Positions 18,212 through 26,181 of a DNA stretch of 64,000 bases are shown piece after piece. The stretch covers positions 258,172-322,171 of the forward strand of contig OY970358.1 in NCBI GenBank assembly GCA_963718575.1, written 5' to 3'. The position numbers and the translations under genes are program-made. Position 1 is the stretch's first letter; every line of letters begins with the position of its first letter. Source of the stretch: an uncultured bacterium. Its GTDB lineage: Bacteria; Patescibacteriota; Minisyncoccia; UBA6257; 2-01-FULL-56-20. The notes under the pieces were generated by a model. It was given only the letters and a program-made list of their open reading frames with translations. It was not told the DNA's origin and searched no databases.

Positions 18212-19417
18212 TTACCGGGGAAAACTAGGCGCTCCGCAGGCCTGCAGGTCCTGGAGCGTCAGCGGTTCCCCTGCCGCGGCACGCACCGCCATGATGGGAC
18301 ACGGCAGTTTGAGCGGCGGCGGCCGCATCCCCGCCGCGAACTGATCGGTGGTCAGGCCTCCGCGATATTCAAAATGCGGCTCATCCCCCGGCCCGCCATT
18401 TCCCAATCCGCAATACGCGCCGATCGCGATGAGCTGAGGCCAGTCGATGTTGTATCCGTTGATCCTGTCCACGATATCCACGGCAAATCCATAGTTGTGC
18501 AAGCTGTGTCCCGGCGGCGCCTCGCTCACGATCGTGCCGTCTTCCAGCCGGCCCTCGTCGTATATCTGCTGCTGCTGTTCCATTGTCCGAAATCCCGACG
18601 TGATCCGAAGATCGAATCTGTACACCGCGGCGGTCGGCAGAAAACAATCGTCCACCTGGGTGATGAAGTTCGGATCAAGCCCGGTGGGGACCGGCGCCGC
18701 CTTCACCGCATACGTCGCGCGCCAAAAAAGAATGACAATGATCGCAACGATGATAACCGCCGCCGCGATCCCCACCACGCGCGAGCGGCTGAGCAGAAAC
18801 GCGAGCAGAATGACAATGAGTTGTAATATAATATTCGCCAATATCAAACCGAGCGCGGCAAGCCCCATCGCCGCGAGCGGCGGATAATTGACGAATAGAA
18901 GAACGATGAGCACCGGCCACACGTTTTTGAGGTCCTGCGTGGACGGTCCGAGCATCGCGCCGGCATTGAAGAGCAGGAGGATCATCACCCAGCTCTGCCA
19001 CTGCAAAAGATTTATTTGCGATAAGAATATGAACGGCGCGGCAAGGACATTTTCCCAATCGTACCAATTGGCCACTTGAGGCGGCATAAAATAATTTCCC
19101 AGGAGGTAGCGGTTGATGAGGAATAAAAAGAGCAGGCCGCCGGCGATCGGCGCGGCGGAGATAAGCAGCTCGCCAAGGAACGGGATCTTCGACTTTCGAT
19201 GCACCACGCGCGGCTGGTCGGAAAACACAGTGAACTCCTCTATTGTTGCGCCGGTCAATACGCAAAGCATCGCGTGCGACGTCTCGTGCACCAGTGCCCC
19301 GATGTAATATAAAAAACGAATGACGCCATTGTTCAAATAGCGCCAGTTCAACATATTACTCACGTAGCCGAAGGCGGTGATGAGGACAATGACGATTCCG
19401 AGACTTATGATCACCAT
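18212..19417 (-). CDS. Polytopic membrane protein with an HExxH (M50-like) motif in a transmembrane segment, fused to a C-terminal M15/VanY-type D,D-peptidase domain.
   Basis: LVHETSHAML near the N-terminus and several transmembrane helices. The C-terminus carries GHSLHNYGFAVDIV and DEPHFEY, the SxHxxGxAxD and DxxHxE signatures of peptidase M15. Confidence 0.55.
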   Translation of the reverse strand: MVIISLGIVIVLITAFGYVSNMLNWRYLNNGVIRFLYYIGALVHETSHAMLCVLTGATIEEFTVFSDQPRVVHRKSKIPFLGELLISAAPIAGGLLFLFLINRYLLGNYFMPPQVANWYDWENVLAAPFIFLSQINLLQWQSWVMILLLFNAGAMLGPSTQDLKNVWPVLIVLLFVNYPPLAAMGLAALGLILANIILQLIVILLAFLLSRSRVVGIAAAVIIVAIIVILFWRATYAVKAAPVPTGLDPNFITQVDDCFLPTAAVYRFDLRITSGFRTMEQQQQIYDEGRLEDGTIVSEAPPGHSLHNYGFAVDIVDRINGYNIDWPQLIAIGAYCGLGNGGPGDEPHFEYRGGLTTDQFAAGMRPPPLKLPCPIMAVRAAAGEPLTLQDLQACGAPSFPR

Positions 19418-19426
19418 TGAATCTTA

Positions 19427-19696
19427 TCACCCAATGCGAAACCCCGTAAACGTTCCCGGCGTGTCAGACCATGCTTCTTCAACGCGGGCCACCCTGGCCG
19501 TGACCGGCCCTTTCTTGCACCACGCCAAAAATTCCTTGAGCGCGGCTTCATCCCCTTCCGCTTCAATATATACCGGCCCGTCAGGGTCGTTCATCACAAA
19601 ACCGGCGACGTGCATCTTCCTCGCCGTCCAATATGCCGCGTCGCGAAACCCCACGCCCTGCACGTCGCCGTAAATCTTTATGATGAGATGTTTCAC
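19427..19696 (-). CDS. acyP: Acylphosphatase.
   Basis: VQGVGFRDAAYWTARKMHVAGFVMNDPDGPVYIEAEGDEAALKEFLAWCKKGP is the classic acylphosphatase signature. Confidence 0.8.
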   Translation of the reverse strand: MKHLIIKIYGDVQGVGFRDAAYWTARKMHVAGFVMNDPDGPVYIEAEGDEAALKEFLAWCKKGPVTARVARVEEAWSDTPGTFTGFRIG

Positions 19697-19699
19697 GCT

Positions 19700-20071
19700 T
19701 TACCAATACAACAGAACAATGCCGAGCACGAGCGCGACAGCCCCGCAGAACACGAGCATCCCGCTCTTGCCGAACTTCTTATAGAACGACGCAGCTGCCG
19801 CCGAGAAAATAAGGATGAACGCGCCCTTGATAAGAGCCAGCCATCCGAGGATGGTGATGAGCAACGGCAAACCGCTTGTCCACGCATTATTGAATACCAC
19901 GATCACCGCGCCGGTCCCCAGCGCAAGCAGGCCCCACACGAACAAGACTCCTTTATTCTGCACCGATTCTTCTATTGCAACGGCAACCGCCTTGCTGTTT
20001 ACCACCATCGCGATGCCCGCCACGACAAGGAAAATCCCGACTACTTGAGCAATGATAACGGAAATATCCAT
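19700..20071 (-). CDS. Small integral membrane protein with four transmembrane helices.
   Basis: Hydrophobic segments with no known family. Confidence 0.4.
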   Translation of the reverse strand: MDISVIIAQVVGIFLVVAGIAMVVNSKAVAVAIEESVQNKGVLFVWGLLALGTGAVIVVFNNAWTSGLPLLITILGWLALIKGAFILIFSAAAASFYKKFGKSGMLVFCGAVALVLGIVLLYW

Positions 20072-20264
20072 AAATAGAGATTTTTATTATTAATTAATGA
20101 TGCATATCCGGAATCGGCCTTTACTATAATGATAGCAAATCCACGTTTGTATAATAAAAAGCCGGACAGAACCGCTATCTATAAAGGAAATAACGTCGGG
20201 GCTTCGTCATTGTCGGCCGACAGCGACTCTCTTTCACTCTCGACATGATTTATCCCGTGAGATC

Positions 20265-20702
20265 CTATAAGTGCTTTTTTATAACTTCTGCCAATTCGCT
20301 CAAAGAATAAACAGGGTGTATCTCAGGGCGGCGCAACTTCATTTGAATTTCAACATCGACCCTCCGTTTGTAGAGAGGATCTATCCCGACGACAAGCGGC
20401 GCGGCACGCTCCATGGCCGCGCCGAACTCGAATAAGGTAACGGGATTGAGCGTTTCCTCCGGGAACCAAAACGAGAGGACATCCGAACTTCTCAAGCGCT
20501 CGAATTCCCATCGTATCTGTTCTTCGATGGCCTTCGGCTCGCTCGGAAATACATCTCTCCGAGGATTGAAAATACTAACCGAACATTCCTTCAAGGCCGA
20601 GCTTACCTCGCTCTGCCAATCCGGACAATTCGATATTCCGCCCGCGAGAAAGACGGTTTTAAACTTCGGCGATTCACTGCTCGGGGCTTTTATGAGCTGC
20701 AT
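20265..20702 (-). CDS. Nucleoside 2-deoxyribosyltransferase-like protein (Nuc_deoxyri_tr2/MilB-YtoQ-like). Its GC is lower than the surrounding genes.
   Basis: FLAGGISNCPDWQSEV...FNPRRDVFPSEPKAIEEQIRWEFERLRSSDVLSFWF matches the family pattern. Confidence 0.5.
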   Translation of the reverse strand: MQLIKAPSSESPKFKTVFLAGGISNCPDWQSEVSSALKECSVSIFNPRRDVFPSEPKAIEEQIRWEFERLRSSDVLSFWFPEETLNPVTLFEFGAAMERAAPLVVGIDPLYKRRVDVEIQMKLRRPEIHPVYSLSELAEVIKKHL

Positions 20703-20814
20703 CGGGTCATTATACCCTCGACGTAATTATTGTCCAAAACTATCCGTGAAACCTACTTAGCGCTTCGCCCATCCCTCTTTATTTGATATAATTTCGAAAG
20801 AAGGAGGTGTACTC

Positions 20815-21084
20815 TTGCTCACAATAAGACGCTGGTATGATTTGGAAAAGCGGAATCCAAGCGAGGGACTATCGTGGTGGATGATCACACAAGTGGTGGG
20901 CCAGGTGCCACCTGCTCCGGTCATCAGGAGGGTTTTTGATCGGACAGTCGATGCCGGCATAAAGCTCAAAACCCGCCGGCATAGAGGGCACTACGTATTC
21001 GTGGGAATGCAGGTTGGACTCACCCGTCAAGATAGGGAAAATTTTCTGAAAACCTTGGACAGTTGGCGTCCGAAAAGAAAATAG
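20815..21084 (+). CDS. Hypothetical protein of 89 aa with a TTG start and a strong AAGGAGG ribosome-binding site.
   Basis: The ribosome-binding site is 6 nt upstream of TTG. It has no known domain. Confidence 0.35.
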   Translation: MLTIRRWYDLEKRNPSEGLSWWMITQVVGQVPPAPVIRRVFDRTVDAGIKLKTRRHRGHYVFVGMQVGLTRQDRENFLKTLDSWRPKRK

Positions 21085-21099
21085 CATGGATATCGAATC

Positions 21100-21135
21100 A
21101 AAAGCCCCGAGTAACATCGGGGCCTTTTCTTTATC
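21100..21135. terminator. Bidirectional terminator (gccccga-gtaaca-tcggggc flanked by A/T runs) between convergent genes.
   Basis: aaaagccccgagtaacatcggggccttttcttt. Confidence 0.6.
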
Positions 21136-21154
21136 TTTCGCCTGCGATGTCAGC

Positions 21155-21640
21155 CTACCGCTTCGCCCATTGAGGAGCGCGGCGGGCCTTGTTGAGGCCG
21201 TACTTCTTGCGCTCCACCATGCGGGAGTCGCGAGTGAGGAAGCCCATGGTGCGGAGACGGGGCTTCCAGTCCGGAGATTTTGCAATGATCGCGCGGGAGA
21301 GGCCAAGGCGCACGGCGCCAGCCTGCGCATGGATACCGCCGCCGGACACGACGACCGTCACGTCATACTCAGTGAGCTTGAGAGTCTCGAGTGGAGAGCG
21401 CGCATCCTGCACCAGGCGCGGAAGCGTGAAGTACTGGGCAGGGGTCTTGCCGTTCACCGTCATCTTGCCGGTGCCCGGCATGATGCGCACGCGCGCGATC
21501 GCGGTCTTGCGGCGGCCGACGGCCTCCGTGTAGCGATGGCTCTTTGCCGCAACGGGTTTATGCGCAGGCGCCGCAACGGCGTGATGCGCCGGCTTTGCCG
21601 CTATTAGCTCGCTCTTTTCCATTTCTTGTGTCGTTGCCAT
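21155..21640 (-). CDS. rpsI: 30S ribosomal protein S9, with an Ala/Pro/His-rich N-terminal extension.
   Basis: The C-terminal GGGIHAQAGAVRLGLSRAI...PRLRTMGFLTRDSRMVERKKYGLNKARRAPQWAKR is canonical S9. Confidence 0.9.
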   Translation of the reverse strand: MATTQEMEKSELIAAKPAHHAVAAPAHKPVAAKSHRYTEAVGRRKTAIARVRIMPGTGKMTVNGKTPAQYFTLPRLVQDARSPLETLKLTEYDVTVVVSGGGIHAQAGAVRLGLSRAIIAKSPDWKPRLRTMGFLTRDSRMVERKKYGLNKARRAPQWAKR

Positions 21641-21644
21641 AATA

Positions 21645-22082
21645 TTATTTTGCCGCTTTTACCGTTACTGCCGCCTTGCCCGGCTTCGTGCTCATCGGGC
21701 GCACTCGCCTGCCCGCGTTCTTTATGCCGGCGGTCGCTGTCGGTTCTACGAATATCAAATTCTTGATCCTCTGCTGGGTGAGGAAGTTGCGCGGGAGCAT
21801 CTTGCGCACCGCATGGCGCAGAACAAAACGCGGATCCTTTGCCATATGTTGCTCGAATGATTTCTCTTTAAGATGACCAACGTAGCCGGTGTGCTTGTAA
21901 TAGACCTTGTCCGTCGCCTTCTTGCCGGTGACGACGATCGAATCGTAGTTCGAAACATAGACCTTGTCCGCGCTCACGCGATTGCGCTCGAACGCCGCCG
22001 ACTTCTTGCCCTGCAAGATGAGGGAAATGTCGGTCGCTACGCGGCCCAATACTTTGTTTTTTGCGTCTATGTGATAGTCCAT
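21645..22082 (-). CDS. rplM: 50S ribosomal protein L13.
   Basis: DAKNKVLGRVAT...KVYYKHTGYVGHLKE...RHAVRKMLP matches L13. Confidence 0.9.
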   Translation of the reverse strand: MDYHIDAKNKVLGRVATDISLILQGKKSAAFERNRVSADKVYVSNYDSIVVTGKKATDKVYYKHTGYVGHLKEKSFEQHMAKDPRFVLRHAVRKMLPRNFLTQQRIKNLIFVEPTATAGIKNAGRRVRPMSTKPGKAAVTVKAAK

Positions 22083-22106
22083 TGCCGGGTAAGTGTACTC
22101 TATATA

Positions 22107-22463
22107 TTAAACGAATTCAATGCGGGCCATGCGGGTGCCGTCGCGCTTGCGGCTCTCGGCCAACTTTATGATGCGCAGATAGCCTCCTTTCCGCTCGGCG
22201 TACTTCGGTCCGTAATCGCTGAACAACTTCTTTACGATTTTGTCGTTGCCGACGCGGCTCGCGACGAGACGGCGATTGGCGACGGTCGGGTTCTTTGCGA
22301 ACGTGACGAGGCTCTCCACGCGAGGGCGGATCGCTTTCGCGCGCGTTTCGGTCGTCTCGATCTTACCTGCACGGATCAGGTCATTGCCGAGATTGCGCAT
22401 AAAAGACACGCGCGCGCCGCGCAATCTTCCGAATTTGGTATTGTTTTTCTTTCCGTGTGTCAT
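22107..22463 (-). CDS. rplQ: 50S ribosomal protein L17.
   Basis: LVTFAKNPTVANRRL...GGYLRIIKLAESRKRDGTRMARIEFV matches L17. Confidence 0.9.
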   Translation of the reverse strand: MTHGKKNNTKFGRLRGARVSFMRNLGNDLIRAGKIETTETRAKAIRPRVESLVTFAKNPTVANRRLVASRVGNDKIVKKLFSDYGPKYAERKGGYLRIIKLAESRKRDGTRMARIEFV

Positions 22464-22481
22464 GGGAATATATCGAACGTA

Positions 22482-23249
22482 TTATTTCTCTTTCTTTTTA
22501 GAAGCGGCTTTCTTTTTTGCGCCGCCCTCGCCCTTCACCGCGTCGAATTCCTTCACTTCAACCACCCCGACCTTCTCGAAGTGATCCTTTAAGATGCTCG
22601 ATGCCTTATGCAATGCGGATGACGGGCTGATCGTGCCGTTCGTCGTGATCTCCAGGCGCAAGCGGTTGTAATCCGTGCGATCGCCGACGCGCATGTCCTC
22701 GATCGTGTAGTTCACTTTGATCACCGGGGTGAAGATCGAATCGATCGCGATGGTGCCGATCGGAAGGCGGCCCTCCGACTTGCGCGCATCCACCGGCACG
22801 TATCCGAGGCCGCGCTCTACCTTGACCTCGATATCGATCTCTGCGTCCTTGGCGGTAAGGTGACCCAATACCACTTCCGGGTTGATGATCTCGACGTCAG
22901 AATTGAGCTCGATGTCGCCGGCCGTAATCTCCTGCTCCCCTTTCAATTTGAGCGCGAGCACCTGCGGCTCGTCGGTGTGCGAGCGAAAATAGATCTTCTT
23001 GAAGTTGAGCGCGAGCTCAACGATATCTTCCTTTAATCCCGGCAGGGTCGAAAATTCGTGCGGAACGTTCTTTATCTTGATCTCGGTGACCGCTGCACCC
23101 GGCAAGGAAGACAACAGTGCGCGGCGCAACGCCGTACCGACCGTCAAACCGTATCCCGCGTACAATCCCTCGATCTCGAACACGCCCTCTCGCGCATCCT
23201 CGGAGATGGTCTTTATGGAAACACTGGAGCTGACATATGCAAATTCCAT
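22482..23249 (-). CDS. rpoA: DNA-directed RNA polymerase alpha subunit. Only the N-terminal assembly domain is present, and it ends in a short Lys-rich tail with no alpha C-terminal domain.
   Basis: The NTD motifs are conserved and the gene sits in the canonical rpsD-rpoA-rplQ position. The protein is 255 aa and ends ...EVKEFDAVKGEGGAKKKAASKKKEK. The next gene is rplQ. Confidence 0.85.
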   Translation of the reverse strand: MEFAYVSSSVSIKTISEDAREGVFEIEGLYAGYGLTVGTALRRALLSSLPGAAVTEIKIKNVPHEFSTLPGLKEDIVELALNFKKIYFRSHTDEPQVLALKLKGEQEITAGDIELNSDVEIINPEVVLGHLTAKDAEIDIEVKVERGLGYVPVDARKSEGRLPIGTIAIDSIFTPVIKVNYTIEDMRVGDRTDYNRLRLEITTNGTISPSSALHKASSILKDHFEKVGVVEVKEFDAVKGEGGAKKKAASKKKEK

Positions 23250-23273
23250 GTGATGATAAAATGATTAAAATTT

Positions 23274-23897
23274 TTATTTAGAGAATGAATCGACCAAAAG
23301 GTTAATTTCGAAAGGCGGGGTAAGATCCGTCGGCGTGGAGAGCATCTCGCCTTCCAGCTTGTCCGCATCCATGCGGAGCCACGAAGGCGCATCGTATTTC
23401 TTGATGAGCTCCAGGCGGTCGGTGAACGTCTTGTTCTCCTTGGACGCGGCGCGGACGCCGATCACGTCACCCTTGCGGAGCTGATATCCCGGCGAGACCA
23501 CTTTCTTCTTGTTCACCGTGATGTGGCCCTGCACCACGAGCTGTCGTGCCGCCGCCCGCGACACCGCCCAGCCGAGCAGAAATACCACCGAATCGACGCG
23601 CGATTCGAGTAATTCCAGCACGCGCATGCCCGACGCGCCCTTCGCCGCCTGCGCCATCGTGAAGAGACGCTTCATGTTGTTCTCGTTCACGCCATACGCG
23701 ATCTTGAACTTCGCCTTCTCGCGGAGCTGGAGACCGAACTCGGAAAGCGCCTTCGCGCGCGAACGCGGGCCGTGCACGCCGGGCTTATAATCCTTGCGGA
23801 CATACGATGATTTCGGAGACATTGCGCGATCGCCCTTTAGTCCAAGGCGCGCACGCAACGCTCGTTCTTTCTTTTCTTTAGGTCCTTTTACGCTCAT
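23274..23897 (-). CDS. rpsD: 30S ribosomal protein S4.
   Basis: Canonical S4 sequence and position. Confidence 0.9.
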   Translation of the reverse strand: MSVKGPKEKKERALRARLGLKGDRAMSPKSSYVRKDYKPGVHGPRSRAKALSEFGLQLREKAKFKIAYGVNENNMKRLFTMAQAAKGASGMRVLELLESRVDSVVFLLGWAVSRAAARQLVVQGHITVNKKKVVSPGYQLRKGDVIGVRAASKENKTFTDRLELIKKYDAPSWLRMDADKLEGEMLSTPTDLTPPFEINLLVDSFSK

Positions 23898-23930
23898 GGT
23901 AGTGGTTAACGTAGTTGATAGAATAACATA

Positions 23931-24392
23931 TTAAACGCGCCGTGTCTTGGGTGCGCGTGGACCGTTATGCGGGATCGGCGTGGCGTCTTTGATGGAAAGG
24001 ATATTGAAGCCGTTATTGATAAGTGAGCGGATCGCGGAATCGCGGCCGGAGCCGATGCCCTTCACGATCACCGAGATGTCCTTCGGACCGCTTGCCTGGA
24101 TCTTTTCCGTGATGGCGGCGATCACCTTGGACGACGCGAACGGCGTCGCTTTCTTGGGGCCGGAGAAACCGAGCGAGCCGGCGGATGCCCACGCGAGCAC
24201 GTTCCCCTGGTTATCCGTCACCGTGACGACGGTGTTGTTATACGTGGCGTTCACATAGACCTTGCCCTCCTGCACGTGCTTGGCTTTGCGCTTCGCCGAA
24301 GAGGCGGCTTTCGTGGCGGCATCAGCAACGGCGCCCGCCACCGGCTTGGCCACCTTATCCCCTTCTTGAGTTTTTACGGTTTTCTTTCCCAT
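23931..24392 (-). CDS. rpsK: 30S ribosomal protein S11, with an N-terminal extension.
   Basis: The C-terminal ...VIVKGIGSGRDSAIRSLINNGFNILSIKDATPIPHNGPRAPKTRRV is canonical S11. Confidence 0.9.
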   Translation of the reverse strand: MGKKTVKTQEGDKVAKPVAGAVADAATKAASSAKRKAKHVQEGKVYVNATYNNTVVTVTDNQGNVLAWASAGSLGFSGPKKATPFASSKVIAAITEKIQASGPKDISVIVKGIGSGRDSAIRSLINNGFNILSIKDATPIPHNGPRAPKTRRV

Positions 24393-24412
24393 TTTTTTGG
24401 ATCGTTTAACGA

Positions 24413-24796
24413 TTACTTAAGATCAACCTTACGCTTTCCGGAACCGGCCGTCTTACGGACGTTGCCGCGTACGGTGCGGGAATTCGTGCGGGTGCGCTGG
24501 CCGCGGACCGGCAAGCGACGCGCGTGGCGATTGCCACGGTACGAGCCGAGGTCCTTGAGGCGCGTAATGTTGCGCTTGATGAGCTGGCGCAATTCTCCTT
24601 CCACCGGATAGGTCGTTTCCAAAAAGTTCTGCACGCGAAGCACTTCGTCGGCGGTGAGGTCCTTTGCTTTCTTGCTCACCTCGATCTTCGCCGCCGCGAG
24701 CGCACGCTTCGCGACCGCCGGACCCACGCCGTATAAGTACGTGAGCGAGATCTCGATCCTCTTGTTGTCTGGAATGTTTACGCCGAAAATACGCAT
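24413..24796 (-). CDS. rpsM: 30S ribosomal protein S13.
   Basis: MRIFGVNIPDNKRIEISLTYLYGVG... is canonical S13. Confidence 0.9.
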   Translation of the reverse strand: MRIFGVNIPDNKRIEISLTYLYGVGPAVAKRALAAAKIEVSKKAKDLTADEVLRVQNFLETTYPVEGELRQLIKRNITRLKDLGSYRGNRHARRLPVRGQRTRTNSRTVRGNVRKTAGSGKRKVDLK

Positions 24797-24805
24797 GATA
24801 GTAGT

Positions 24806-24919
24806 TTAGCCTTGGCGCTGTTTATGTTTGGGATTTTTGCAGCGGACAAAAAGTTTGCCATTTCGCTTTACGATCTGGCAACTTGAGCAAATCTTCTTTA
24901 TGGAACTTCGTACTTTCAT
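24806..24919 (-). CDS. rpmJ: 50S ribosomal protein L36. It was not in the supplied ORF track because it is 37 aa.
   Basis: Reverse translation gives [37 protein letters not shown], compared with E. coli [38 protein letters not shown]. Confidence 0.85.
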   Translation of the reverse strand: MKVRSSIKKICSSCQIVKRNGKLFVRCKNPKHKQRQG

Positions 24920-24956
24920 ATCTTTATGTATAGTGGCCGCAGACAGCGGCGAAAAA

Positions 24957-25169
24957 CTACAACCTGCGCACGATCCTTCCTTTCTCGCCGTCGGGGCTCA
25001 ATTCAACAAGCACCCGGTCGCCGGGCAATACCCGAATATTGTGCATCTTCATCTTTCCGGCGAGATGCGCGAGAATCTCGGTCTCTAAGCCGTTGATCTT
25101 GACCCGAAACATCAAACCTGGCAGGGCCTCGTACACCTTGCCCTCTTTCGCGGCTTCAGTTTCCATCAC
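24957..25169 (-). CDS. infA: Translation initiation factor IF-1.
   Basis: [57 protein letters not shown] matches IF-1. Confidence 0.9.
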   Translation of the reverse strand: MMETEAAKEGKVYEALPGLMFRVKINGLETEILAHLAGKMKMHNIRVLPGDRVLVELSPDGEKGRIVRRL

Positions 25170-25204
25170 GTAAAATCAAGGTAAGACTCATAAACCAATG
25201 AGAC

Positions 25205-25234
25205 GATTATATACGAGGGGCTGGCACTTTGTCA
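25205..25234 (-). promoter_or_regulatory. Strong sigma-70-type promoter for the infA-rpmJ-rpsM... operon (TTGACA, about 17-18 nt, TATAAT).
   Basis: On the minus strand the sequence is ttgacaaagtgccagcccctcgtatataat. It is followed by a roughly 35-nt leader before the infA ATG. Confidence 0.6.
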
Positions 25235-25565
25235 AACATCCCTGCTTTCTCCGCCTCCCTTTGAAAGGACAGCATTCTCCCACGGGACTCCTAAGAGTCG
25301 CGTCTGCTGACCGGTCGCCTTGGCTCTCAGCGCCTTCGCGCTTCCGAGACACCTTTCAAAACATGGGATAATCCAGGTCCGCAGGACCACCCGCACCCCC
25401 TCGACTAAATCTATGGTTATCTTAAAATGCGTTTTTTGAGGTTCTTCATATATTCATCCTTCAATATTCGATAGGTCGCATAATCGTCGGGATATTTTTG
25501 AAAAAGCTTATTTTTAATATTGGAATACGCTTTCACCTCCTCGGGATGCGATCTAAGATAATCCC

Positions 25566-26120
25566 TCAGAGGGAGAAGCCGAGATCGGGAAAGATGAGGT
25601 CTCTTAAATAAAGGCCGCCGACCAAAAAAACTAGGTCCAGGCTCGCGCCAGATTGGAAAGCGCCCACCTTTAGCTCATCGATGATTGAGGGATACCGTCT
25701 TGGTAATTCCCTGACCACGGCTAGAACAACCTGTTCGGCGTCATAGGGGTTCTTTACATGCTTCGCTTTAACGGCGGCGAGCAGCTCGTCTTTCTTTGCA
25801 TCTATTATCTGCTTAATGCCGCTTTTATCTAATACATCATTTCCATATCCATTCAGCACCCTCGGAGAATGCGAGGGTGCCGCTCGATTTACCCATAAAT
25901 CCCCGACTCGGGACTCCACGACCGCCAAACGTTTTTCTATAGCTGCAAATCGCTTACCCATGTCTATTTTCATATCCACAAATTCCTTCTTTATATCTCT
26001 CATATCGACTTTAACATCCTCGATGATCTGTAATTTTCCACCAATAAAAACCGCCGCGCCTAATATAGTAGGAAGGCCAACAATAATCACAATCGTGTTA
26101 ATGACTTCGATCAGATTCAT
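25566..26120 (-). CDS. Membrane-anchored coiled-coil hypothetical protein with low GC.
   Basis: An N-terminal transmembrane helix, a charged coiled-coil region, and no known domain. Confidence 0.35.
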   Translation of the reverse strand: MNLIEVINTIVIIVGLPTILGAAVFIGGKLQIIEDVKVDMRDIKKEFVDMKIDMGKRFAAIEKRLAVVESRVGDLWVNRAAPSHSPRVLNGYGNDVLDKSGIKQIIDAKKDELLAAVKAKHVKNPYDAEQVVLAVVRELPRRYPSIIDELKVGAFQSGASLDLVFLVGGLYLRDLIFPDLGFSL

Positions 26121-26181
26121 GCCTCTATTTTGGCAATTCGCTATCTCGAAGTCAAAAAACTTTTAATAACCTTTTAATCTC

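Noticed and set aside
17732-18826. A 364-aa plus-strand ORF.
   Set aside because: It is antisense to the secreted-repeat-protein and M50/M15 genes, with low-complexity Arg-rich composition.
25240-25440. A GC-rich structured stretch upstream of the infA promoter, considered as SRP (4.5S) RNA because it contains AGCCAAGGC and GGAAG segments.
   Set aside because: The GGAA tetraloop and its closing stem, and the symmetric-loop motifs of SRP domain IV, do not form. No tRNA or RNase P signatures either. It is probably just a leader or promoter-distal region.
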